A stretch of DNA of 63,707 bases, the filler included, from Octopus bimaculoides (taxonomy: Eukaryota), in NCBI RefSeq assembly GCF_001194135.2. It is 6 parts of 5 records of this genome, joined end to end, with 100 filler letters (N's around TTAATTAATTAA, not from the genome) between each part and the next. Parts side by side here need not be neighbours in the genome. Positions count along the whole stretch, not along the records: positions 25,440 to 44,071 come from NC_068984.1; positions 44,172 to 51,697 come from NC_068984.1; 4 more parts are not named here. One strand, written 5' to 3'. Position 1 is the first letter of the stretch. Every line of letters starts with the position of its first letter. This document shows positions 38,880 to 49,559 of this stretch, one piece after another. Both the position numbers and the translations under genes were made by a program. The notes below the pieces were generated by a model. The model was not told where the DNA came from. It made no database searches and saw only the letters and a list, made by a program, of their open reading frames with translations.

Positions 38880-39060
38880 TTATAAGGGTTAAAGCGTTAG
38901 CAGCAATTTGTCTGTGTATACGTTCTGCTTTCAAGTCCCACCGCGGTAGACTTTATCCATCATTTCGGAGTCGACAAATTAAGTACCAGTAAAAATAATG
39001 GGCTCAGTGACATCGACTCATCCCCCTCCCCCGAAGTGTCAACATTTGAAACCGATATTT
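38880..39060 (-). mobile_element. Repeat family A, degenerate
   Basis: GACTTTATCCATCATTTCGGAGTCGAC..CATCGACTCATCCCC. Confidence 0.6.
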
Positions 39061-39439
39061 CTTCCAGTTCTTTGCACTCTGAGTGCACATCTTTACGTGT
39101 TCAGTCTTGCCTTTTATTACCGGGGGGCGTCCCTAAAACAAAATAGATGGCAAGAATTGTAATTGACTTGACTGGTTTCCACAATTTTCGGCTATTTTGC
39201 TTATGTTAGAAATAATCAATACATCATCGTAATAATTAATACGTCACCGAAATGTCAGACATCATGGAAATCGTGGCGATTGCAAATTTCTAAGTAATAA
39301 GTAATAATTAGAGACAAAGATGAACCAGATAAGTTGGTAGGTTTGCAACTTGCTACATGACAAGGCAACTCGCTGCCATCGGGCAACATCGTACTTGCTG
39401 GAGGAATGGTCTGGTAAAATTTGCTTGGGATTTGGTCAG

Positions 39440-39720
39440 TTTTGACTTCCAGGTGGATAGCAACTAGAATAAGATTACGAGCATGGCGTCCAGTTCCTCC
39501 AAGAAGTAGGTTGAGAGAAAGCGATACTAAAAAGAGAAGTGGCAAACGTATATATCGCCTCCATGGACCATTGTCACGTATTATTCGGCTGACCAGAATT
39601 GAGCGTCTTCTCTTTGTCACTCGTGCAATAGGTACAAGAACAGAGGGTTTCCTTTTCGTCTGATGGCAATCACCTAAGAAGATGTTGGGTGGCCGACACT
39701 GAACGAATTGAACATAGACA
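39440..39720 (+). mobile_element. Possible RTE LINE relic
   Basis: RIYRLHGPLSRIIR and WQSPKKMLGGRH loosely match the RTE C-terminal region. Confidence 0.35.
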
Positions 39721-40154
39721 CATTATTCATTACAGTCATACCTTCTTCTATTTCAATTTTTACTTGCAAAAAAAGTAAAGGCGGTTAGGAAGTGCTACTC
39801 CTCAGTAAATTCTCCAAAAGATGTGTGTTTGTGTAGCGGAAATGGTATGTGTAAACTAGCCTACACTGAGCATGTTCTTTTAGGCTGGAAAAACAAAAAT
39901 GAGAGGAGACATTAGCTTTGTCATCAGGGTAATTGAGGTTTATGTTATTTCCTTCATTTGTTGTCAGTGGGTATATCGTCTATGAGGAATCATGTTCGTT
40001 GAAATTTTCTTTCTCTTTGCGTATTAACTTTTTCCTACACGTCCTAAGTCATTACTCTGACTATGTTTATAGTATATATCTTGCACTTTGTTTACTTTGA
40101 ACTTCTGTGGTCAAAACCAAATTATTATTACCACTGTCATTATCATTATAATAG

Positions 40155-40375
40155 TAGACGGTGAGTAGGCAGAGTCTTCTAGAGGGTCTGTAGAATACAT
40201 TCAAGCATCTGTTTCAGCGCTTTACGTTTTGAGTTCAAAAACCTCTCGAAGTCAACTTTGCTCTTATCTTTTCGGCGTGGATAAAACATCGTACCACCCA
40301 AGTACTGACACCAACGTAATCGACTAGCGATCTCACCTCGAATGTTTTTTTCCCTTGCCTAAATCGGAAATCATT
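40155..40375 (-). mobile_element. Repeat family A, degenerate
   Basis: TTTGAGTTCAAA..GAAGTCAACTTTG..CGTAATCGACT. Confidence 0.6.
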
Positions 40376-41618
40376 ATTTGCTTCTGTTTTATGGAATTGG
40401 TAGTGTGATCCCTAACGAACTTCAACTGGCGATTAAGCAGTCAATCATCTACCTTGAGCACAGTGTTATTGAGTAGTTTTTGATACATACCATTCTGTTG
40501 TAAGCCTGAAATAAGGGCATCCGTATACCTTCCTCACAATATTCAATGTAAGGCAGGGCTTCAAATCAATCTTGACTTAAAGGTTGTTTGACTAAAGTTT
40601 GTGACGGATTCTTATACCTATCATTTAGTATTTACTAATCACTGAAAAGTGACAGAAACTGTACTCTCTTAGCTGAAAGTCAAGAGAGTCCCAGTTTATC
40701 ATAGCAAATGGTGACGTTATTACACGGTATTATATGTCCATAAATAATTGTAGAAACATTGTGTTTATTAGGAATTCCTCTTTCGATTTTGCGTTAAAAC
40801 TTTCAGGAACTGCAAGAGCAATGTGACCAATTTGCTGAAGCTTGCAAATCAGATCAATTAAAATTAATTAATTTTGGCTTTAAAAAAATTGCCGATATTT
40901 TATGCTTGTAGTTGATTTAGCCGCCGGAAGTGTCTGTCTGTCTCGGTTTCTATTTTTTTTAAACTTTTTTTTTTTTTTCACTATTTCCGTTATAAACCGT
41001 CCACTGTCAATGTAGAATAATTCCTACATCTTGTTGCATATTCCTTGTATTAAAGAATACTTTCCATTATTGAGCACTGAAAGTAGTAACACCAGTCGTA
41101 GTGGTAATAGTGACAATATTTGAATTACAAGAGTAAAACTATCTCATATGAATCAATTTTAAAAGTTAACAAAGTAATCGCTGAATATTTGTTGGGTAAA
41201 CCAGGGATCTTTACGAAACACTTATTTGGTTATTCGATTCTGATCACTATCTCTAGTATTTTATGCTTCTGTTTAAGCAAAAATATTCTACCATTTCGGA
41301 CTGTAAGCGATTATAGACTTCAAGTAATTTTAATTTGTAATATTCTCAACTTAAGAGCTATAAAAATTACGAATTGCATCGTGGCAGTGTAGTAAGAAGT
41401 TTGTTTCCTATCTACATGGTTCAGACTTCAGTCTCACTGCGTGGGACCTTGGGCGTGTATCTTCTACTACAGTCTCGGGCCTATCAAATCGTTGTTCGTG
41501 GATTTGGTGTACAGAAATGTAACGAAGACCATCATATATATACTAGCTTCAAGGCACGACAGACAGAGAAGATACATTTGAAGTTGAGAATTTGGACTAA
41601 CGAAGACAATATTTACAT

Positions 41619-41722
41619 ACCGCCTGAGGAAAAAACTAGAACTGATAATGCAGGGAAACGGTTGTATAATCAATTACTTGCACGCTTGCAGAACTACGTT
41701 ACGTAGAAACAATTGTAGTGGT
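41619..41722 (+). ncRNA. Type I hammerhead-like motif with long, degenerate helix II
   Basis: ACCGC-CTGAGGA-(75 nt)-GAAA-CAATTG-TA-GTGGT. Helix I has 5 bp, helix III is the palindrome ACAATTGT, and the base of helix II does not pair. Confidence 0.45.
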
Positions 41723-41916
41723 TGAAAATAAATGTCCAACAGCACTCTTTGTTGTTGACTCCAAACTTTTTCAGTTATCTATTCACACACGACAGAAGCC
41801 CAGACGCAAACCTGAAAATACGTATAATAATACTACTGGATAGCACAGGACGAAATCTGAAGGTGGACGAGATTTACACTGTACTCTACTACGTTCTTAA
41901 CAGAATATGCCATAAC

Positions 41917-41999
<83 letters not shown>

Positions 42000-42048
42000 T
42001 GCTTGTCTACTTATGCAGTTTGACCACATCCTCTACCTNNNNNNNNNN

Positions 42049-42079
<31 letters not shown>

Positions 42080-42080
42080 G

Positions 42081-42540
42081 TGCTTGTCTACTTATGCAGT
42101 TTGACCACATCCTCTACCTACACCTTAGAACCATCATGGTATCTGATGTGGCTTTTTGAATCAGACAATGTTTTGAAAAGACACCCACATAGATTGCATG
42201 TCCGATTTGATCCACCAAAAGCTGCAGTTAAGTTCTAATCTTTGTAGATCTTAGAATGTCTTTGAAGTCTCCGTTAGATTTACAGGCCTTCTGGCATATA
42301 GTGCATTGAAAGATGTGTACAGACATATAAACAGAATAGTTGGTAGAGATTCGTTTTGCATGAGTTCACAAATGAGATTTCAGTCCAGCAAAAGAAAGGC
42401 ATGGTCTGTCACAAACAGTGCACACAAAAAGGTCATTGTGATTCACCTTCTCGATTGTAACATTCTTCTTTTAAAACTCTCTTGAGTCTTGCATGAGTTA
42501 TCCTGGCCTCTTCAAACGCTTTCATTCCACTCCACACTTT
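42081..42540 (-). mobile_element. RTE-like LINE 3' end encoding three tandem C2H2 zinc fingers (pseudogenised)
   Basis: VWSGMKAFEEARITHARLKR.. is followed by FVCTVCDRPCLSFAGLKSHL*TH (42360-42428), FQCTICQKACKSNG/LQRHSKIY (about 42243-42311) and CNLCGCLFKTLSDSKSHIRYH (42136-42198). (CA)n tail. Confidence 0.8.
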
Positions 42541-42558
42541 TGTGTGTATATATATGTT

Positions 42559-42599
<41 letters not shown>

Positions 42600-44652
42600 G
42601 AATATTTGTTTGTTCGTTTGTGTGTGTGTGCGTGCATCTATGTATCTTTGTGTCTGTGTTTCTTCCCACCACCGCTTCACAACTTGTGTTGTTGGGGACT
42701 TTCTTTCTCGCAACAGTGAAACATAAAAAATATAACGATAGGATAAGTAGCGGGTTTAACACATAACTACTGGGATCAATTCAGTCGCCTAAAATTCGTC
42801 AAGTCAATGCCTCAACGTTGCTACACCCTGATGACTGAAACAATCCAATTCGTAGAGCGTATCGCTCTGAATATGAATGTATTAACAGTTAAAATGATGT
42901 GAAAGCTGTAATCGCCTACAGTTCGAAATGGTTCAATATTTTTGAAGCATAAAGTGTATACGTACCTGAATCTATATTCTATTCGTTTGTGTTTTTGCAT
43001 TAATAAGCAATCTCCTTATTAAGAACTTATCCACTTGTGCGTACTTACTCGGTAGATACGCACATAGCAACAGTGGTAGCAAATCAGTGTCGCAAACGTA
43101 TGCGTACAGCCAATCACGGCAAGACTTACGTATGAACACAGTTTTAGATAAAATTTATCATCTTTCCTGTACGTTTCACAAGAAATCAAATACCAAAGGC
43201 CGTCTATTACTTATTTAGAGGTTCATTAATGCTGCCGTACAATAAACTTGAACCTGCGATTCTTGAAGATTTTGCACGCACTTATCTGNNNNNNNNNNNN
43301 NNNNNNNNNNNNNNNNNNNNNNNNNNNNNNNNNNNNNNNNNNNNNNNNNNNNNNNNNNNNNNNNNNNNNNNNNNNNNNNNNNNNNNNNNNNNNNNNNNNN
43401 NNNNNNNNNNNNNNNNNNNNNNNNNNNNNNNNNNNNNNNNNNNNNNNNNNNNNNNNNNNNNNNNNNNNNNNNNNNNNNNNNNNNNNNNNNNNNNNNNNNN
43501 NNNNNNNNNNNNNNNNNNNNNNNNNNNNNNNNNNNNNNNNNNNNNNNNNAAAAGTATGGCATTTAAATTGACCATCCTCCTTGTATGAAGGAGTTTAGTA
43601 TCGCTCTTAATATCAAAGGAAGTGCATTTTGAACCGAAAGATTTTCCCAATCCAGAGCTTGGAAACCAATTGTAGCACGCACGTTTCGTTACAGCAACCC
43701 AACGCATATATTACTTCAACATTCTATCGCTTATTTGGTGCCGATAGTATTTGTTTTGATTCACCATTTACAGTGTGATCTCAATACACAAAATATAATC
43801 TGTCTCTTCCTAAGTTCATGTGGAATTACATTGAAGTGTCATAGCTCTAACGAGTGCGCGTGAGTAAGGGACAGAGTGACGCTAGCTACTTCTTAGAACG
43901 CTTGAAGTTTAGTGCCTCCAAAACTAAGCAACACTTTGGCCAACTCTTTAAATAGCATATTAAAATTCTCAAATATTCCTCAATCTCCTCGGCATGCTTA
44001 AGCTTTCCATAAAAATTCTTCAATAGGAAATGAAAATTTTTTTTCATTTTCTTATGATTATACGATTTAAANNNNNNNNNNNNNNNNNNNNNNNNNNNNN
44101 NNNNNNNNNNNNNNNTTAATTAATTAANNNNNNNNNNNNNNNNNNNNNNNNNNNNNNNNNNNNNNNNNNNNATATATATATATATGCGTGTATATATGTA
44201 AAATATACCTTTATACCATGTGAATATCATCATATAATATCTAGAATACATTTAACCATATGGTCAGTATGTTAATTTTACGAAGATCACCGGGAGTTGT
44301 CATAGAGTTCCACAATGTGATATAGACGGGAACATTTTGTAATAGTTACTGATGAAATTATTAAAATACAGACATTTAGTCAACAGAAACTATTTTCATA
44401 ACACTTGCATATGAGTTTTTTTAAATATAGATCCTAATCTATGATTAGTAATGTTAAACAGTAAGTGCATTATTTCATTTCGAAGACATTTGTTCCGAGA
44501 ATATTATTTTTATATAAAGTCTTCTACTTTTTTAACTTGCTTAATTTCGTTATGAAAATTTAATTCTTTTCTAGAAATAAACACAACTCCCAGACCAGAC
44601 CGGATCGTAATCAGCACAGGTAGGTCTTATAAATATATATATNNNNNNNNNN

Positions 44653-44763
44653 CAAACCTGTGCTATTCCCCGCAGAACCATTCAGGACAATCTCCTCTTT
44701 ATACGTTATACCTTAGAGGGGATAAATAGTAAACTTGGCTCGGGTGAGGCAGTGGTCCATTTA
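44653..44763 (+). mobile_element. Tx1 RT fragment, inverted near-identical copy of 46817-46924
   Basis: QTCAIPRRTIQDNLLFIRYTLEGINSKLGSG. About 2 substitutions and one small indel relative to the minus-strand copy. Confidence 0.85.
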
Positions 44764-45329
44764 CAGTCAACTTCTTTAATTGCATAAATTTATTTACGTG
44801 CAGAAACTATCGTTTGTAACATGATAATTTGTTGTAACTGAAAATGAAATTCACAAGAGTCAATATCGGTTAAGATTTAAAATATCTCTTTCCTTCAAAT
44901 ATTTTGTTGCCGAAAGTTTCATGCCTCCAAAATCATAAAAAATTGTGCAAGCGTTAAAATCCCCGATTAGATTAGTTAGATGTTGCATTTATCACGTACC
45001 TGCAACGTCCTTGAAATCCAGTTGTTCTCACTGACAATGAGGTTAAATATACATTTCTTGATATTGAATTATGTAATGATCAACGTTATTAATATACAAC
45101 ACAGTAAATCACTTTTCAATGGTTTTCTCTATTATTTAGACTCGCTACGAAACAGTGGCAAAACCTTATTTACATATATATTAATATACGTGCACACACT
45201 GGCACACGCACAGACACACACGTACACATTTATAATGAGGAGAATCTTAGGAAAACAAAGAAATAATTAAAAGTATAAAGCAACTTCATTCATTGAAGAG
45301 ACTTTTTTAACATGTTCTCAACTATCTAC

Positions 45330-45770
45330 TAGCATTATATAAAACCTGACAGTTAAAACAAGTGGAAGAACATATTGTGGAATTTGTATCAATATATCGG
45401 AAGGCTCCGAGTTCCGCTTCAAGAATGGGCATATTTTTAAAGTAAAAGAAAAAACTTTCATGAATTTCGGAAAACTTAATTTATGTCATAACATGCTGTA
45501 GATATGACAAGAATATTATTGGCCGAACAGCCATGTAATTTAGAAAACGCATGACAGTTCACCAACAATAAATACTTGATCCGAACATTAGAAAAAATTG
45601 ACTCAGTAAGCATCTAGATAGATGTGAAGAACTCAGCAACCAAATTTTAAACTTTTCCCACTTTACCAATGTGCAGAAAGTACGATAGGATAAAGTATCT
45701 ATAAAGAATCTTTTCGTATAGTAAAATTTAAACCAAGTTTAGATCATAAACCTAATACTGACACCTATTT
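45330..45770 (+). mobile_element. Penelope-like GIY-YIG endonuclease relic
   Basis: SENLIYVITCCRYDKNIIGRT..RKRMTVHQQ..LSKHLDRC..FRIVKFKPSL. Confidence 0.8.
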
Positions 45771-46599
45771 GTAATTCATTTTATAATATTTATAAGATGT
45801 ATTCCCTTGATATTTTTTGAATAATTATAAAAATAAAAAGATTTCCATTCCTACTTAATTTGTACCTTATAAGATATACAATATTACGTTCCATGTTACC
45901 TGATAAATCTATAACAAGGCTGTTTCTGGTAGGCGTTCTATAAACTATATGAAGACTAGTAGCAAGGCATTACACACGTACATTGCAATGAAAATCTCTT
46001 TTAAGAAGCAAAACCAGTGTGAAAATATGCACTTTGATATATTTTCCTAATCATGGATTTGAATCGATTAATAAGGTATTTAGAAATTATTCTACTGCAA
46101 CAATATACTTTAGAATTAGTTCACTGCAATATGAAAGGAAAACCCCATTTTCTTTTACTTTTATTTGTTTCTCTTGTTGTTGTTGCTGTTCATCCTCTTC
46201 ATCATCATATGTATGTATATCTAAGCAAACTTACATATGTTATGCCTTTCTACATGTATAAAATACTGACATTGAAGCAAAAGTTCACTCAGCACGTACA
46301 TTTAATATATCCCATTAACATTTTGAAGTTTTCATTATCATGCAAAAAGTAATTTGACTTATATCCTAAGACACTCTCCTAATGTTGTCAACATGTAGAG
46401 GGAAGTAACATACAAAATCAAAGAGCGAAAATTTATATCACAAATAAGATGTCTCAGATAAGAACAAAAATTGAAACGATAAAGGTACAAAATATCTTTT
46501 ATTTCTTCATATTCTAGTGCGATATTATGAATATTAAGTATACTACTTTTCTTCCTCAATAATTACTTTGCCTTTCGGTATCTACTTATGATAAATCTC

Positions 46600-48320
46600 C
46601 ACTTACTGATTAATGACTAGTAATATGACTGATAATGAAGCCACGCTGATTGCAAGCATCTTCTCTCCAGCCCTATCTTCCGTTCACCCGAACTATCAAG
46701 TCGATGTTGCCATACATGGTAATGATCCAGCTAAGGAATTTCGGATCCAAGTCGAACACCACGAGAACAGACACCAGGTACCAATGATCAACCCTATCGA
46801 AAGCCTTAGTTTGGTCTAAATGGACCACTCCACCCGAGCCAAGTTTACTATTTATCCCCTCTAAAGTATAACGTATAAAGAGGAGATTGTCCTGAATGGT
46901 TCTGCGGAGAATAGCACAGGTTTGCACTTCCCCAACGAGTCCATCTGGTACTTTCTTTGATTACCATTAGGTTTTAATCTTCCTTTTTGTTTCTGGTACG
47001 GTTATAGATTGTTTTGTGTGTGTGTATGTGATGAGGTGCTTGCATGCATGGGTTGTGAGGTACTTCTTTTACCATTTTTTGTGCTCCACCTCTCGCCTTT
47101 TACTTCATCGTTATCTATTTCCTTCGCCGGAGACTCCGTCTTTCCCTCCGTTGTAGTTGGTGTTGTAGCTGGTAGTGTAGTTGGTGTTGTTGACGTTGTT
47201 TCTTCCTCTTCTTCCTCTTCGAGTGGTAGGGGAGCTACCACTTTTTCTTTTTATGGGGGAGGGCTGTACTGTCCTTATGTGGCCTTTCTTGCCACACTTG
47301 AAACAGTGAGGCTTCCTCCCCTCTACCATAACTATTAATCTTGTGTCCCCCACCTGGATCGCTTCTGGAATTTCGTCTAAATCTGCAGGGACTGCTTGGA
47401 TCACCATTTCAATCCCTCACCCCTGCCGATTTTGTTTTCCGGTTGCTGTTGCTTAGAGGATCGAAATTTTGTCCTCCAAGCCGACGACTGTTGCTGCCAC
47501 TACCCAGGCAGCATATACTTCTGGTGGCATATCATTTATTTTTATTTTTGATGTTCTTCTCCTCAAGTTCGTGGTAGAAGAACTACCTCTTCCGTCCTTA
47601 AAGTCTTTGAAGAATGCTGCCTGGCTTTCTTTTCGTTGGTGAACCTCACCTCGATGGCAGCAAACTTCTTAGCACGTGTTATATAGTTTATATCCGACCA
47701 GATTGGCCTGAGGCACTTCTCTACCGCTTCACTAGACACCATGTCTAGTTTTTTTCTCTTTTACAATGTATGTTTTAAAACTTATAGTTGTCCTGTTGGT
47801 TAAGTGCGTAATTTCACTTGGAGGGGCTATTTGGACTTCCATCCCTTCTTTTTTTAAACATTCCTTTGAATTTCATAATTTTGCTCAACTCAGTGTTGAG
47901 TTTCCTTGTTGAGGTCTTTGCTGCTTCAGCAAAATTGGCTTTTGGAGGCTGGAGGCTGCACTGGTGATACAGGTGACGTTAATATTGGCATATCCAATAA
48001 TTCTTTCTGGCATATTTTTTCCGACTCAGTTGAGTCACACATTTGTTTAAACAAGATTTGGGCTAACGCCCCACAGAAAATAAATTAATGGGAAAATATG
48101 CCTCACAGAGTAACAGTGGATTGGGGCTAACGACCCAAAGAAAAACAGTAATTCTCCTTTCAAACAAGGGGGAAATTATAACAAGAAAACTGCCATAAGC
48201 AGCTACAATTTTTTTCCTAACAATACACAATGTAACAAAACAATTTTAACAATCCACTCACCGTACCACAAAATGCAACCTAACCAGGAAAACGTCCAAA
48301 GAATTGATTAACACGACGCC
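46600..48320 (-). mobile_element. Tx1 LINE with ORF1 (zinc knuckle) joined to a partial RT, internally deleted
   Basis: ORF1 relic MCDSTESEK..MVSSEAVEKCLRPIW..VEGRKPHCFKCGKKGH. RT part QTCAI..QDNL..HLDQTKAFDRVDH..WI..Y..VRVNG. No endonuclease domain is seen between them. Confidence 0.85.
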
Positions 48321-48335
48321 AGAATAAAATCACAT

Positions 48336-48479
48336 TCAAATTTTTTATTGCCCACTGGTGGTGGTGGTGGGGGCAACAAAGAGGGGACGATACAGTTGAT
48401 GGGGTCGAATGATATAACAATGTGATGTACGATTTTTAAAAGAATTTCTGATATAATTAAATCGAATGTAATTGGACAA
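48336..48479 (-). mobile_element. Short Tx1 3'-UTR insertion with 13-bp TSD
   Basis: AATAAAATCACAT at 48323-48335 and 48480-48492. The insert ends CCAGTGGGCAATAAAAAA, similar to CCTGGTGGCCAATAAAG at 4050-4068. Confidence 0.7.
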
Positions 48480-48492
48480 AATAAAATCACAT

Positions 48493-49471
48493 GAACAAGG
48501 GAATGGGGGGACAGATTCCGCTTAGACTCCGTTCCACCACTGAGACTGTAACTCCTTTATGTAGTATTCATGTTGATACATCCATTCTCAACATTCGTAC
48601 TACACTCTTCCATCTTTTCGCATCTTCTCTCCAGCCTTATCTTCCTTTTCAGCAGGTGGAAGGGGAAAAAAGTCACCAATGTAAGGCCAGAGATTAAATT
48701 GCCGGTCACGCATCCTTTCATTCTAGTTTTCCATACAGTCTCTTTCGCAATTGCTACTACAATGAGTAAACAATTCTTACCTTCTTTACTTAAAGAGGCA
48801 GGTGGGTCAATTTTTACAATTGACTTAGCGGACAGCTGTACTCTTCCAACACTTGACAACAGTTGTTAGATATAAGCCCACAGATCCGACACACCCGAAC
48901 ATTGCACAATCGCATGCAGGACAGTTTCCTTATCCTGCACGCATCGTGGGCAAGTCGGCGAGCAAGGGCAGCCATGCCTTGTGAGCTTATCACGGACAGG
49001 TAAGGCCCTTCAACTCGAATGTTCTTTGGAACAGGCTGGTGAGATGATTATCATCGAGGCCCAGGATCTCTCCTAAGGTATCATCACATTTTGACCAGAT
49101 TGGCCTGAGGCACTTCTCTACCACTTCTCTAGACGCCATGTAGTAGATGCGGTTGAACTGTCACCGATTGCATTGCTCGAGCGATAGAATAGTACAAGTG
49201 CCTTTCGGCACTCAGTGTACCATGTACCTAACTTCGATCTACGATAGGTCCAGGATTACAGTCCCCAAAAACGTGTGAACTTGGGAAACATCGATCTAAC
49301 GTGCGGTATCCACACCCGGTCACAGTCCAGGTAGAGCCACAGATGCCTCGGCCTCAGCGCATGCCTGCGCGTCATCAGCCACGGCATCCCTATCCCACCC
49401 TTTAACGGTTTGTGGCAGCAGGTAGAGCCCTTCACAAGTAGTCCTGGAGGTGTAATAGTTCGAAATATCAA
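48493..49471 (-). mobile_element. Tx1 LINE ORF2 C-terminal relic
   Basis: PLKGGIGMPWLM.RRHALR.RHL..; ETVLHAIVQC..; VGRVQLSAKSI..VAIAKETVWKTR..KRKIRLER. Confidence 0.85.
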
Positions 49472-49559
49472 ACTGAATAAAATTGATATGCTGCTTATCT
49501 TCGTCTAATGCAGTATTTTTACTGCATTGGACGATAGTAACAACATCCATTATAATCTC

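Noticed and set aside
40790-40905. Apparent exon ELQEQCDQFAEACKSDQLKLIN
   Set aside because: No donor before the stop, and it resembles the RTE RT segment LQ..DRF..AC..GL.IN, so it is probably a LINE relic.
42136-42428. Host C2H2 zinc-finger gene
   Set aside because: It has in-frame stops, a frameshift, no TGEKP linkers, an RTE-like upstream segment and a microsatellite tail.
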